A DNA stretch of 64,000 nucleotides from an uncultured Acidobacteriota bacterium (GTDB lineage: Bacteria > Acidobacteriota > UBA6911): the NCBI GenBank assembly GCA_963827655.1, contig CAWHCF010000031.1, positions 32,001 to 96,000 of the forward strand, in the 5' to 3' direction. Under the pieces are notes generated by a model. That model searched no databases, was not told the origin of the DNA, and saw only the letters and a program-made list of their open reading frames with translations. Position 1 is the stretch's first letter, and each line of letters opens with the position of its first letter. A program made the translations under genes and the position numbers. Positions 28,342-41,446 of this stretch are shown one piece after another.

Positions 28342-31300
28342 TCAAGCGCGGATCTGGTCCAGGACCTGGTGGATAGATTTGAACAAAGCCGCATAGGAGA
28401 GATCCTGCACCTCGAGACCCAATACGCCTTGGGGAGAAAACGTAGCGCGTTTGTTTCGGGTGACGAGTTTCAGCAATTGCTGGGGATTCACCTTGGATTG
28501 GTCCACGAAGCGGAAATACACATGATTGTTTCTTCTCTCGATGGCCTGGATCTCGAGTGCCAGGGCATCCTGGCGCAGCCTCGCGTAACGAAAGAGGTTT
28601 TCCACCGGCTCGGGATACTTTCCGAAGCGGTCGACCATCTCCTGTCGTAAGTTCTCGAGTTCCTCGCTGTTTGCGGCGGAAGAAATGCGCTTGTACATGC
28701 GCAGGCGCTGGCTGGAGTCTCCGACATAGTCTTCCGGGATCCGGATATCGAGATTGAGGTTGATGCTGGTGGAGATTTCGTCGGCGCTCTTCTGCCCCTG
28801 CAGCTCTTCCACGGTCTGTTGCAGCAGGCTGCAATACAGGTCAAAGCCAACGGCATCGATATGCCCGTGTTGCTCTCCGCCGAGGAGGTTGCCGGCCCCG
28901 CGAATCTCGAGATCGAGAGCGGCGACCCGAAATCCCGTGCCTAGATCGCTGAAGTCGCGGATGGCTGCGAGCCGTTTACGCGCGACCCCGCTGAGGAAAT
29001 CTTCGGATGGGATGAGCAAGTACGCGTATGCCCGGCGATCGCTGCGCCCGACGCGGCCACGAAGCTGGTAGAGCTGTGAGAGTCCGTGGAGATCGGCTCG
29101 GTTGATGATGATGGTGTTCACTCGGGGAATATCCAGCCCGTTCTCTATAATCGTGGTGGCAACCAGGATGTCGACCTCGTCCTGAACGAAGCGCAGCATG
29201 ACTCGTTCCAGGTCTTTCTCGGACATCTGTCCGTGCGCCACTGCAATCCGCGCCTGAGGAACGAGCTGCTGCACCATGGCAGCCGCAGAGTCTATGGTCT
29301 CGACGCGATTGTGCACGAAATAGACCTGCCCGCTGCGCGCCAGCTCGAGCTCTATTGCCGAGCGGATAACGTCAGGGTTAAATCTCACGACCGACGTCTG
29401 AATAGCGAGGCGATTTTTCGGTGGTGTTTCGATGGTAGACATGTCGCGCAATCCGAGCAGCGCCATGTGCAAGGTTCGCGGTATCGGAGTTGCGGTCAGA
29501 GTTAGCACGTCGACTCTGGTCTTGAGCGCTTTGAGCCGCTCTTTGTGGCTGACTCCGAAACGCTGTTCTTCGTCTACGATCACCAGGCCCAAATCTTTGA
29601 AAGCAACATCCTTGGAGAGCAGTCGATGGGTTCCAATCACGATGTCGATCCGGCCCAGTTCAAGGTCTTCGATCACCTGCTTCTGCTCCCGCGGGCTGCG
29701 AAAACGCGAAAGCAACTGGATGCGGACCGGGAAGGCGGTGAAGCGCTGGCTGAATGTATGGCAGTGCTGGAAAGCGAGAACGGTGGTAGGGGCCAGAACG
29801 GCGACCTGCTTTCCATCCATGACAGCCTTGAAGGCTGAGCGCATGGCAACCTCGGTCTTGCCGTAGCCGACATCACCGCACAGCAAGCGGTCCATGGGCC
29901 TCGGGGCCTCCATGTCGTTTTTAACGGCCTCGGTCGCATCGACTTGATCGGGAGTGAGCTCAAACTCGAAGGCGTCTTCAAACTCCTGTTGCCAGGCGGT
30001 ATCCACTGAAAAGGAATAGCCGTCGACGACCTGGCGCTCGGCATAAAGCCGTAGCAATTCGCCGGCCATATCGCGCATCGAGCTTTTGATTCGGGTTTTG
30101 GTTTTGGCCCAACTGGTTCCACCCAGGCGGTCGAGCGCAGGCCGGGCTCCTCCCACATTGCTGTACTTCTGAATCAGGTCCAGCCGCTCTACCGGGACAT
30201 AGAGTTTGGCCTCGCCGTGGTATGTCAGGAGCACGAATTCCTTGGCACCTTCCTGCAGGTCGATGTTTCTTAATCCCTGGAACTGGCCGATACCGTGATC
30301 GAGGTGCACAACATAATCTCCCAGCTTCAGGTCGCGAAAATCAGACAGGAACAGGCCGCGGTGGGCCCCCTTCAAGCGGCGCGGCGCGGCGGCAATTTCA
30401 GATTCGTCAAAGACGTCGAAGCCGGAGAGCACGCGGAAACCGGTTGCGGGCAGGTAGAACCCCGCGTGAAGGAATCCCGCGCCCAGCAGGATCGATCGTT
30501 CGACGACGTTTTCGTCTGCCTCGTCGCCGCGACAGAGGTGGGATGGAACGTCGTACTCTTTCAGGATGTCATTGACCCTCTCGGCGCGGCCGAGGTTGGA
30601 AAACAAGAAAAGCACTCTGTCGCCGGCTTCGCGGAATTTCTCCAGATCGACGATCAGCTCGCGGATGTTGCCGTGATATCGGCGCGTGGTCTGGCAGGAG
30701 AGAAAGATCGGCGGGCTCGGATGTTTTTCCACAGCAAGTTCTTCGATCTCCAGGCGCGGAAAACGCTCGACGCGAGAGGAAAACTCTTCGTCGGTCAGGT
30801 AGATCTGGTCCGGTGCCAGGACGGGTTTCAGGGCATCCACGCGATCGACGTAGCGCTCGTAGAGTTCGGCATTGTGTTTGGCCAGGGTCGCTTCTATTAC
30901 CTCACGGTCGCAAACCATGAGGCGGGCGCCGGCGAGATAGTCAAAAATCGAATGGTCCAGCGGATCCGTCATCGGCAGCAGGAATTCATGGGCCGGAAAG
31001 AGTTCCCCCTGCCCGGCCAGCGCGACCTCCTCTTCGAGATGAGCTTGAAACGGCTTGCTCCAGTGGTTCGGCACCTCGTTGGCCCAGCGAATCAGCGTGT
31101 CACGGCTGAGGCAGATCTCCCGCATTGGAACGATCTGAACGCTATCGATTCCCTGAATCGAGCGCTGAGTCTCGACATCGAAAGTACGCAGCGACTCCAG
31201 CCGGTCTCCAAAGAATTCCAGACGGACTGGATTTGTCATCTGGGGCGGAAATACATCCAGAATTCCTCCGCGAAGCGAAAACTCTCCCGGTTCCGTGACA

Positions 31301-31824
31301 GGATCGTCCTCGACATAACCGACTTCTTGAAGATGCTGACGCACCTGCTCCGGCGGAGAATCCTCATCCTTTCGAAGACTCAGACAGTGGACCAGGAATC
31401 GCTGTGGGCCGTGAAGCCGCACTGCTAATGCGCGCGCCGAGGCTACGAGAATCCGCGTATCGTCCTGAATCAATTGCCAGAGCGCCTGCGCGCGCGCTGC
31501 CGCTATCTCGGGATGTGGAGAAAGACCCCGATAGGGATCGACCTCGAGGCTGGGGAAATGGATGACGCGCGGGGGATTCGGCGAGAGCAACTCCAGGAAA
31601 TGACGCAGCTCCTGCGTAAGGTTCTCTGCCTCGAGATTGGTACTCGTGAAAACGGCGGCGGTTCGCGCTTCGGTGATAATGGCGGCCGCTATGGCGAGAG
31701 CCCGGGCCCCCCCCGAGAGTCCCGAGATTGTCACTACGCGCGCGCCGTTACGCAGCTGCGTCGAGAGTTGCCGGAAGGCGTCGCTTCCTAAGGCGTCTTC
31801 AAGAAATTTTCTTACGTGAGTCAT
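28342..31824 (-). CDS. mfd: Transcription-repair coupling factor
   Basis: RGGILDVFP, GDYVVHLDHGIG, CGDVGYGKTEVA, DEEQRFGV, QLRGRVGRS, DLEIRGAGNLLG. Confidence 0.97.
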   Translation of the reverse strand: MTHVRKFLEDALGSDAFRQLSTQLRNGARVVTISGLSGGARALAIAAAIITEARTAAVFTSTNLEAENLTQELRHFLELLSPNPPRVIHFPSLEVDPYRGLSPHPEIAAARAQALWQLIQDDTRILVASARALAVRLHGPQRFLVHCLSLRKDEDSPPEQVRQHLQEVGYVEDDPVTEPGEFSLRGGILDVFPPQMTNPVRLEFFGDRLESLRTFDVETQRSIQGIDSVQIVPMREICLSRDTLIRWANEVPNHWSKPFQAHLEEEVALAGQGELFPAHEFLLPMTDPLDHSIFDYLAGARLMVCDREVIEATLAKHNAELYERYVDRVDALKPVLAPDQIYLTDEEFSSRVERFPRLEIEELAVEKHPSPPIFLSCQTTRRYHGNIRELIVDLEKFREAGDRVLFLFSNLGRAERVNDILKEYDVPSHLCRGDEADENVVERSILLGAGFLHAGFYLPATGFRVLSGFDVFDESEIAAAPRRLKGAHRGLFLSDFRDLKLGDYVVHLDHGIGQFQGLRNIDLQEGAKEFVLLTYHGEAKLYVPVERLDLIQKYSNVGGARPALDRLGGTSWAKTKTRIKSSMRDMAGELLRLYAERQVVDGYSFSVDTAWQQEFEDAFEFELTPDQVDATEAVKNDMEAPRPMDRLLCGDVGYGKTEVAMRSAFKAVMDGKQVAVLAPTTVLAFQHCHTFSQRFTAFPVRIQLLSRFRSPREQKQVIEDLELGRIDIVIGTHRLLSKDVAFKDLGLVIVDEEQRFGVSHKERLKALKTRVDVLTLTATPIPRTLHMALLGLRDMSTIETPPKNRLAIQTSVVRFNPDVIRSAIELELARSGQVYFVHNRVETIDSAAAMVQQLVPQARIAVAHGQMSEKDLERVMLRFVQDEVDILVATTIIENGLDIPRVNTIIINRADLHGLSQLYQLRGRVGRSDRRAYAYLLIPSEDFLSGVARKRLAAIRDFSDLGTGFRVAALDLEIRGAGNLLGGEQHGHIDAVGFDLYCSLLQQTVEELQGQKSADEISTSINLNLDIRIPEDYVGDSSQRLRMYKRISSAANSEELENLRQEMVDRFGKYPEPVENLFRYARLRQDALALEIQAIERRNNHVYFRFVDQSKVNPQQLLKLVTRNKRATFSPQGVLGLEVQDLSYAALFKSIHQVLDQIRA

Positions 31825-31828
31825 TATG

Positions 31829-31927
31829 GATTGACGATTGACGATTTACGATTGACGATTGTAGCTTGGCAGTAACTGTGCAAAGACTCGCTTAAATCGT
31901 AAATCGTCAATCGTAAATCGTAAATCG
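31829..31927. repeat. Inverted 7-mer tandem array (GATTGAC)n ... (TAAATCG)n
   Basis: About five 7-mer units on each arm, ~30-nt spacer; overlaps rfaE2 3' end and abuts the mfd start. Confidence 0.8.
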
Positions 31928-32398
31928 ACTGAGAACCCGTGAGATGAGTCCGGTCGTCGAAGAACCCTCCGTCAGCGGAATGTTCCGGACCATTCCTCCT
32001 GCATCTCGAACGGTGTCGCGTCCGACGATCTCCCCTATTTCCCAATCGGCCCCTTTGATTAGCACATCCGGGACGATGGTATCGATGACGTGCTGCGGCG
32101 TGGCTTCATCGAAAATGAAGACATAATCGACGCAGGCAAGGGCGGAGAGCACTTCGGCGCGCTCGTCTTGTGGAACGATGGGACGCCCCTCGCCTTTGTT
32201 CTCCCTCACCGAGTGATCGCTGTTAAGCGCAACGACCAGGACATCGCCGAACGCGCGCGCCTGGCTGAGGTAACGGATATGCCCTACGTGCAGGATATCG
32301 AAGCAACCGTTGGTGAAAACAAGTTTCTGACCCCCTTGACGGAGCTGCTCTCGGATATGCGTGATCTCTTCAAGAGTCTTGATCTTTGCCTTCGTCAT
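31907..32398 (-). CDS. rfaE2: D-glycero-beta-D-manno-heptose 1-phosphate adenylyltransferase
   Basis: [36 protein letters not shown]. Confidence 0.9.
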   Translation of the reverse strand: MTKAKIKTLEEITHIREQLRQGGQKLVFTNGCFDILHVGHIRYLSQARAFGDVLVVALNSDHSVRENKGEGRPIVPQDERAEVLSALACVDYVFIFDEATPQHVIDTIVPDVLIKGADWEIGEIVGRDTVRDAGGMVRNIPLTEGSSTTGLISRVLSRFTIYD

Positions 32399-32493
32399 CG
32401 AGAGCTTTTGAGAATAACAGATGGCTCACAGGCCGACAAGAACACCACTCAGCCGCAGAGGGCAACCACGAAGACGCGAAGTCCAAAGGAAAG

Positions 32494-33870
32494 TTATGAG
32501 GTTCCGGGAGAGCGGCTGGCATGTTTGTGCAAGACAGCGGCCAGGGATCGAGCTCCCTCTTCCACGATCGCCCGGTCCTCTCCTTCGACCATTATGCGGG
32601 CCATCTTCTCGGTGCCGGAGTAACGCAGGAGGATGCGGCAGCGGGACCCGAGCTTCCCCTTGAGTGCCGCCTCGGCGTCTTGAAGTCCAGGGATTGCTCC
32701 GAAGGGGGTTCTTTCGCGCACCGGCACATTCGTGAGGACCTGGGGAAAGCGTTTTAAGGGCCGGCACAGCTCATGCAGTCCGGAATTTCGCTCGCGGATG
32801 ATCTCCAGCACCTTGAGCGCGGTGAGGAACCCGTCGCCTGTTTGCCCCAACTGCAAGAGAATGATATGACCGGATTGTTCTCCACCCACGATGGCGCCCA
32901 GCCGCAGCATCTCCTCGAGAACATATCGATCTCCGACCGCGGCCCTGGCCAGGCCGAAACCCAGGTCCTTGAGCGCGAGCTCAAGCCCCAGGTTTGCCAT
33001 AACGGTACTTACCACGATGCGCGGAGCAGTACCGAAATCGGTATAGCGTGCCAGCAGGTAAAGCACATCGTCGCCGTCTCTTGGATCGCCGTGGCTGTCG
33101 ACGAACATGACGCGATCGGCGTCACCGTCGAAGGCAATCCCCAGATCGGCCCCGCTCGATCGGACCTTTTCCCGGAGTCTTTCAAGATGGAGAGCTCCGG
33201 CGTTGAGATTGATGTTTCGGCCGTTGGGCTCGCAATGAAGGCGGTCCACGCCTGCTCCCAGATCGCTCAGGAAGTCTGGAGCGATGTGCGAGAGCGCGCC
33301 GTGCGCGCAGTCAACAACCAACCTCATCCCCTTGAGGTCGAAATCCCGGGGAAGGCACTCCCGAAGATGCCGCGTGTACAGCTCGCCTTGCGCGGGGAAT
33401 GTGTCCGAAAGGACTTCTGGCGTGAACTGGTCGGAAATCGAGAATCCCGGGGGGCAGGTCCGCGAGCTGGAAATGATCTTAAGTTCGAGATGTTCCTCTA
33501 CGGCATCGTTCAACTTCAATCCGGTTGAAGAAAAAATCTTTATGCCGTTGTCCTGGTACGGATTGTGTGATGCACTGATCATGATTCCGGCCTGCGCCCC
33601 TTCGCGCGCCGTAAGAAACGAAACCGCGGGGGTGGAGATCACGCCGCACATCTCGGTCACGCCGCCGGCGTCGAGAATGGCGCGATTAAGCACGGCCTCG
33701 AGCCACGGTCCCGAGATGCGGGTATCGCGCGCAACCAGGATACGAGGGCGACGATCGAGGTCTCTCAGGTATTCCGTGAGACAGAAGCCGACGCGGTACA
33801 CCGTGTCGCAGTCCAGAGGAGGATCTCCGGCTACTCCGCGAATTCCATCCGTCCCGAAGAGTGGCTCCAT
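32494..33870 (-). CDS. glmM: Phosphoglucosamine mutase
   Basis: LFGTDGIRG, ISASHNPYQDNGIK, DGDADR, GGEQSGH, RYSGTE. Confidence 0.95.
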   Translation of the reverse strand: MEPLFGTDGIRGVAGDPPLDCDTVYRVGFCLTEYLRDLDRRPRILVARDTRISGPWLEAVLNRAILDAGGVTEMCGVISTPAVSFLTAREGAQAGIMISASHNPYQDNGIKIFSSTGLKLNDAVEEHLELKIISSSRTCPPGFSISDQFTPEVLSDTFPAQGELYTRHLRECLPRDFDLKGMRLVVDCAHGALSHIAPDFLSDLGAGVDRLHCEPNGRNINLNAGALHLERLREKVRSSGADLGIAFDGDADRVMFVDSHGDPRDGDDVLYLLARYTDFGTAPRIVVSTVMANLGLELALKDLGFGLARAAVGDRYVLEEMLRLGAIVGGEQSGHIILLQLGQTGDGFLTALKVLEIIRERNSGLHELCRPLKRFPQVLTNVPVRERTPFGAIPGLQDAEAALKGKLGSRCRILLRYSGTEKMARIMVEGEDRAIVEEGARSLAAVLHKHASRSPGTS

Positions 33871-33872
33871 CG

Positions 33873-34803
33873 CTAGCTCTTGCCCGTTCGGTGCACGGTA
33901 ACCTGCGCGGGGACAATTTCTTTGATGCGGATGGCGGGATCGAGGGGATTGGTAAAGGTCACCACAGGCTTGACTCTTTCGGATTCCAACGTGGGATTCA
34001 GGTTCCGGACCGCGACCGTGGCGGAAAAATCGGCCGGCGTCAGACTCCTTCGGAACGTGCCCGGGACCAGGATCCGAAGCGTGACCCGCGAAGGGCGAAC
34101 CACCACGGAGGCGTCATCGGGAAGAACGGGAACCGGCGAGATAGTCTGGAGGCTGCGGCGCGGGCCTATCTCGATCTCAACTTCGACGGGTTCAGCCGGA
34201 ACGCTGTGCACCAGGCTGTCTTTTATGTTGAGGTTTACGAATTTGCGGATCGATCCCTGTTCTCCCTGCAACGATACGGCCTCCGTCGCGACTGAGTTGA
34301 TCTTATCCAATCGTGACCGCGGCCCTCTGATAAGAGCAGTTGAAGGCGAGACTCTTACCTCGTAGACTTCGAATCCGGTTTCCGGCGTTCCGACACTGGT
34401 TTCGATCCGAACCTCTTTCGAGACTTCCCGTTCCAGGACCAGTCTGATCCGCGACGGTCGCACGGTTAGAATTTCCAACCCCGTGGTTCTCGTTTGGATG
34501 TTTTGTGGCGTAAGAGGAACCAGGCGCTCCCCCTCGGGCGCCGTCGGGAGGTCGAGCAGGCAAATGCAGGCTTGGCTGCCCAAACCCGCCGCTGGCCAGG
34601 GGGCCGCGAATACTGACCTCGACGAAGCTTGGCCGGTCTTCGTTGGTTATCACCATGTCGCGTGGAATTCGAATTTCCAGCGGGATCATGATATTCCGCT
34701 CAGTCCCGGGATCCCCGTGAACCATCAGCCAAAGGATGAAGGACAGGAAGAGCGCCGTGAGTTTCAGACCCCAATTCTCGACGAAGAAGTCTTTAGCCTT
34801 CAT
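33873..34803 (-). CDS. cdaR: CdaR/YbbR-like regulator of diadenylate cyclase; apparent frameshift near 34560
   Basis: NWGLKLTALFLSFILWLMV N-terminus and YbbR-like repeats (VSPST..IRGP.S.L..I..V.T) split over two ORFs; lies between cdaA and glmM. Confidence 0.8.
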
Positions 34804-35624
34804 ACAGCTTCCTGGCGCTCCTTCAAGGCGTGTGGAATCGGTTGCGATCGTCCTTCCATGGCGGCATGGAGGATCGCTCGCAGCCCTGTCCCGTCCAGGT
34901 TCCGCGTGATTTTCCCTCCCATCGCGGCAGAGATGATGCCCGTCTCTTCCGAAACAATGACGGTTACGGAGTCAGTCTCCTCCGTGATGCCGATAGCCGC
35001 GCGGTGTCGGGTTCCCAGTTCCTTACTGAGGTGCGGATCCAGCGTGAGGGGGAGAAAGCATCCTGCGGCTATGATGCGGTTTTGTTGAACGATCACGGCC
35101 CCGTCGTGTAGCGGCGTATTAGGACTGAAGATGGTTACCAGGAGGTCGTAGGTCAGGACCGCGTCGAGAGCGATGCCGCTCTCGGCGTAGTTTCTCAAAC
35201 CGATGTCTCGCTCAACAACAATCAGCGCGCCGATTTTTTTGGAAGCCAGGGTTGTGGCTGCCAGAATAATCTCTTCAAATCCCTCTTTGCCTTCTCGACG
35301 GCGGTGCCTGCCAAGCAAGGGATTCTTTCCGATTCCCACCAGGCCCCGTCGGATCTCAGTCTGGTAGAGCACAATGACGGCGAAGACGATGTAAGTCAGG
35401 ATATTGTTAAGTAACCACTGTACCGTGCTCAAGTGCCAGGCCCTGGTTGCGTAGTAAAAGAGGAGGAGCACGACGATCCCCAGGGTCATCTGCGCTCCCC
35501 GGGTTCCGCGCATGAGCAGAAGAAACCGGTAAATGATGTAACTTACCAGGGCAATATCAACGATGTCGCGCGGGGAGAAGTGGTTGATTCGCAGGAATTC
35601 CAGAAATGAACTTACTGAAGTCAC
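34800..35624 (-). CDS. cdaA: Diadenylate cyclase CdaA (3 TM + DAC domain)
   Basis: DIVDIALV, TPLHDGAV, LGTRHRAAIGITE, VSEETG; GTGA overlap with folP stop. Confidence 0.93.
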   Translation of the reverse strand: MTSVSSFLEFLRINHFSPRDIVDIALVSYIIYRFLLLMRGTRGAQMTLGIVVLLLFYYATRAWHLSTVQWLLNNILTYIVFAVIVLYQTEIRRGLVGIGKNPLLGRHRRREGKEGFEEIILAATTLASKKIGALIVVERDIGLRNYAESGIALDAVLTYDLLVTIFSPNTPLHDGAVIVQQNRIIAAGCFLPLTLDPHLSKELGTRHRAAIGITEETDSVTVIVSEETGIISAAMGGKITRNLDGTGLRAILHAAMEGRSQPIPHALKERQEAV

Positions 35625-36460
35625 GGTTTCGTCCCTTCTGCAACCAACGCGTCTATGACTCGCGCCACATCCCGCATGGCAGCCACATCGTGAACGCGCA
35701 CGATATGGGCTCCGTAAAAGATAGAAGCGGCAACGGTCCCGGCGGTTCCCCAAACTCTTTGTCCGGCAGGACGGTTGACGATTTCTCCGATGAAGGATTT
35801 CCTCGAGGTCCCTACCAGTAAAGGCAAGCCCGTCTGCGCCAAGCGTTCGAGGTTGCGCAGGATTCCCAGGTTTTGACGTGCGGTCTTTCCGAAACCGATG
35901 CCAGGATCAAGAATAATCTTGTCAAAGGATACACCAGACGCCTGAGCCGTTGCAACCGCCCGCTCCGCCCACGACTCGATTTCGGCGAGAATGTCGGGAC
36001 TGGCCGGAAGACGCTGCATACTGCTGGGCTCGCCTCTCATGTGCATCAGGATCAAACCGGCGCCGGACGCGGCAACCTCCTCCGCTATCTCGGGGCTATT
36101 GCGCAGAGCGGTTACGTCATTCACCAAGGCAACGCCTTCCCTGAGTCCGGCGCGCGCGACTTCCGCCTTCGACGTATCGAGGGACATCGGCAGGGGGTAG
36201 GAGCCCGCGAGGGCTTCGAGCACCGGAAAGACGCGGCGCAGCTCTTCTTCGGCCGTCACCCCGGTGGATCCCGGGCGCGTCGATTCCCCGCCTATGTCCA
36301 GGATATCGGCGCCTTCTTCGGCTATTTCCCAGGCTCGGGCAATCGCCTTTGCCGGATCAAGGAACTGCGCTCCGTCGGAGAAAGAGTCGGGAGTTACGTT
36401 GAGCACCCCCATAATCAAGGTTCGCGAGCCCAGCTCGAGAACTTTGTCACGCACCACCAT
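35621..36460 (-). CDS. folP: Dihydropteroate synthase
   Basis: IMGVLNVTPDSFSDG, DIGGESTRPG, DPGIGFGK, GTSRKSF, RVHDV. Confidence 0.96.
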   Translation of the reverse strand: MVVRDKVLELGSRTLIMGVLNVTPDSFSDGAQFLDPAKAIARAWEIAEEGADILDIGGESTRPGSTGVTAEEELRRVFPVLEALAGSYPLPMSLDTSKAEVARAGLREGVALVNDVTALRNSPEIAEEVAASGAGLILMHMRGEPSSMQRLPASPDILAEIESWAERAVATAQASGVSFDKIILDPGIGFGKTARQNLGILRNLERLAQTGLPLLVGTSRKSFIGEIVNRPAGQRVWGTAGTVAASIFYGAHIVRVHDVAAMRDVARVIDALVAEGTKP

Positions 36461-36580
36461 TCGGTGACGGGTTCGTAAGCACACGCACGGCCTTGGATTG
36501 GGGGGGAATTGGGATGTTTGCGTCTTAGCGGTCGAGTTTTGTTCGCATGTCCTCATCACAAAGACGCGATGACACGAAGC

Positions 36581-38509
<1,929 letters not shown>

Positions 38510-38615
38510 TTTTACCTAGACCTCCAAAGGAGTCTCAGGGCTCTTGACCTTGCGACTCAACGGGGAGCTTATGACTTGGGAGAGATGGAAGGTTTGGGCC
38601 GCGAGCTCAACGCGC

Positions 38616-38644
38616 ATTATATCAGACACCCCCAGGGCTCTCAA
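38616..38644 (-). promoter_or_regulatory. sigma70 promoter for ftsH
   Basis: TTGAGA-17 bp-TATAAT on the minus strand. Confidence 0.65.
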
Positions 38645-38767
38645 TTACAGTTTCTCAACGATGCTTCGATCTCACGGCGCTTTGCCGTGGTCGCAGGGGA
38701 CTCAGTTCATTACGCCTGCAAGGTGACCCTGTTTCGGCTCACGACGTATTAGACGCGTTCGTTTCCC

Positions 38768-40297
38768 CTAAGTTTCCAGGGAGTTCATCCTTCCGGCACG
38801 GGCGGGTTTGTCCTGGCTGTGAGCCTCGGCCTGATCGGCGCCCAGCGACCTTGCCTCCAGCACCAGGCATTGGGCAGATTGCTGTTGAAGCATAAAGGGT
38901 TTGGCGGGCTTGAATCCTGGGATCCAGATGACCGAGTCTCCGGCCGTCACCATGGGAATTGACCAGCGTGATCGCAGCGGAATTCGGGCGTCGATCAGCA
39001 TCTTTTTGACTTTTCTGTGATTGGAGCCTCCATAGCGATCGCCGGGAACGCGCGAACGGATGGTCAATGTCTTCGGAAGCGGGTTTGCATAAAGGAATAC
39101 TCTGGAGCCAGTCGAGCGGAGAGGGCCGGCAAGGGTATTCCGCGCTCGTACCGTGGCGAAAAAATCCAGGCCTGCTTCAGGAACGCGAACCTTTCCTGGG
39201 CACCGAAGCTTGTACGCGAACTTCCGTTGCGGGGGCGATGTGCCTGGCGCCAGGAATAGAAGGTCGCTGAATTGACGAACCACGACAAAGTTTCCAGGGA
39301 GTTGGATTTGGCTGCCGCTTTGTCCTGTTCGACAAAGTGTCAGGAGACTGTCGATATGACGGCTTGCAATTCTCTTGAGCGATTTCCGGCACTCCTTCAA
39401 AGCCTGGCGCAAAACCAGTTTTTGAAGGGCCGGGTGGACTCTCATGAGTCCGGGAACGGATATTGAGAGCCCTCCAGTAACGGACCTCCTGAGCCGTTCG
39501 AAGACCCTCAGACTCTGAGATTCGAGGTACTTCGCGGTTTCCGCGGCCATCTCTGCGTGCCGTGCCAGCGAGTCGATTGTTTTCGGATTCAAGTGCTGCT
39601 GAAGGTAAGGAATCAGCTCGATTCGAATCCGGTTTCTCAGGAATTGGAGATCTTGATTACTCGAGTCTTCCCGGTAGCTTGCCTGTCGGGCCGCGAGGTA
39701 TTGGACGACGTCTTTTCTGGAGCATTCCAGGAGGGGGCGGATAAAAAGATTGTCCAGAACAGGATAAATGCCTGATAGCCCCTCGAGACCGCTTCCCCGG
39801 ATGAGACGCATGAGAACGGTCTCAGCCTGATCGTTCAGGGTGTGGCCCAGGGCGATCCTGGTTGCGCCCACCCGTTCCGCTGTTCGACGCAAGAAGGAGT
39901 AGCGAACCTCTCGCGCGGCGTCCTCCAGATTCCTTCCTGCCGCAGCCGCTCTTTTCCTGATATCCAGCTTGCGGGAGATAAAGCGAATTCCGATTTCACC
40001 ACTTAACTTTTGGACAAACGCCTCGTCTCCATCCGACTCTCTTGCCCGAAGGGAGTGATTCAGGTGGGCCACAGTTAACTTCAGACCAAGCCCACGGGTC
40101 AGGTCACGCAAGCACAGCAGGAGCGCGGTCGAATCAGCGCCGCCCGAGACGGCAACCAGGACATGTTCGCCGCCTTTCAACATGCGGTGTTTGAGAATGG
40201 TTCGTTCGACCTGAATCTCGAGCGGCGGACGGGCTGAAACGAGATGAGACGGACGAGGTTTGGGATTTGTGCGACTCACTGGTCGACATTGTATCAT
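38768..40297 (-). CDS. tilS: tRNA(Ile)-lysidine synthetase; start uncertain
   Basis: AVSGGADS, HLNH.LR, AR..RY, GH..NDQAET, RPLL, D.SN, RNRIR. Confidence 0.94.
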   Translation of the reverse strand: MIQCRPVSRTNPKPRPSHLVSARPPLEIQVERTILKHRMLKGGEHVLVAVSGGADSTALLLCLRDLTRGLGLKLTVAHLNHSLRARESDGDEAFVQKLSGEIGIRFISRKLDIRKRAAAAGRNLEDAAREVRYSFLRRTAERVGATRIALGHTLNDQAETVLMRLIRGSGLEGLSGIYPVLDNLFIRPLLECSRKDVVQYLAARQASYREDSSNQDLQFLRNRIRIELIPYLQQHLNPKTIDSLARHAEMAAETAKYLESQSLRVFERLRRSVTGGLSISVPGLMRVHPALQKLVLRQALKECRKSLKRIASRHIDSLLTLCRTGQSGSQIQLPGNFVVVRQFSDLLFLAPGTSPPQRKFAYKLRCPGKVRVPEAGLDFFATVRARNTLAGPLRSTGSRVFLYANPLPKTLTIRSRVPGDRYGGSNHRKVKKMLIDARIPLRSRWSIPMVTAGDSVIWIPGFKPAKPFMLQQQSAQCLVLEARSLGADQAEAHSQDKPARAGRMNSLET

Positions 40298-40474
40298 GGT
40301 GGGCCGAGACCTTGGTGTCTTCGCGTCTTCGTGGTAAGTGCGGACAAAACCAACTCACTAAGTCTCGAAGACTCCAAGAAACGCCAAGAACCGTATCTGT
40401 CCGCCGACTGAAAAGATTGGTATAATCGCGCGTTTTGTTTGGCCAGTTGTCCCCATTCCAGCGAGAGGAGGTTC

Positions 40475-41446
40475 ATGACATTTCCAGTCACGCGGCCCCG
40501 GCGGCTTCGGATGAACGAGTTCGTCCGAAAACTGGTTCGAGAGACCCGCTTGTCCCCCGAACAGCTAATCTATCCGATGTTCGTCTGCCCGGGCGAAGGG
40601 GTGAAGAAGGAGATTCCCTCGATGCCAGGCAACTACCAATGGTCTATCGATCTGCTGATTGAGGAAGTTCGGGCGGTAAAATCGCTCGGGATTGCGGGAA
40701 TCATCCTTTTCGGAATACCGGAAACGAAGGACGACCATGCCACCTCCGCTTACGACGACCATGGCATCGTGCAGCAAACCGTCCGGGCCCTCAAGCGCGA
40801 GAGCGCAGATTTTCTGGTCATTACCGACGTTTGCCTGTGCGAATACACCAGCCACGGTCATTGCGGGATCGTGCTCAACAACGAGATTCGTAATGATGCC
40901 ACGATCGACCTTCTGGCCAAGACGGCGCTCTCGCACGTAAAGGCAGGAGCCGATATTGTCGCACCTTCCGACATGATGGACGGGCGCGTTGGCGCCATTC
41001 GGGCGATACTCGAGAAAAGCGGTCACAAAAACATCCCCATTCTTTCCTACGCCGTGAAGTACGCCTCGGCCTATTACGCGCCGTTTCGCGAGGCAGCAGA
41101 ATCCGCGCCCGCATTCGGCGATCGTCGTAGCCACCAGATGAATCCCCCAAATTGGCGTGAAGCGCTCACGGAGGTCGAATTGGACATCGAGGAAGGGGCC
41201 GACATCCTCCTGATCAAACCTGCGGGACCCTACCTGGACATTATCCGGCTGATCCGGGATCGCTATTCCCACCCGCTGGCAGCCTTTCAGGTTTCGGGGG
41301 AGTATTCTGCGCTCGTGGCGGGCGCACGACTCGGCTGGCTTGAACTTCCTCGCGTCATGATCGAGAGCTTGATCGGAATCCGGCGAGCGGGCGCGGATAT
41401 CATCCTTACTTATTTCGCTAAAGAAGCGGCAAAGCTCCTTTCCTAG
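40475..41446 (+). CDS. hemB: Porphobilinogen synthase
   Basis: [45 protein letters not shown]; TGGTATAAT at 40418-40426 upstream. Confidence 0.96.
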   Translation: MTFPVTRPRRLRMNEFVRKLVRETRLSPEQLIYPMFVCPGEGVKKEIPSMPGNYQWSIDLLIEEVRAVKSLGIAGIILFGIPETKDDHATSAYDDHGIVQQTVRALKRESADFLVITDVCLCEYTSHGHCGIVLNNEIRNDATIDLLAKTALSHVKAGADIVAPSDMMDGRVGAIRAILEKSGHKNIPILSYAVKYASAYYAPFREAAESAPAFGDRRSHQMNPPNWREALTEVELDIEEGADILLIKPAGPYLDIIRLIRDRYSHPLAAFQVSGEYSALVAGARLGWLELPRVMIESLIGIRRAGADIILTYFAKEAAKLLS

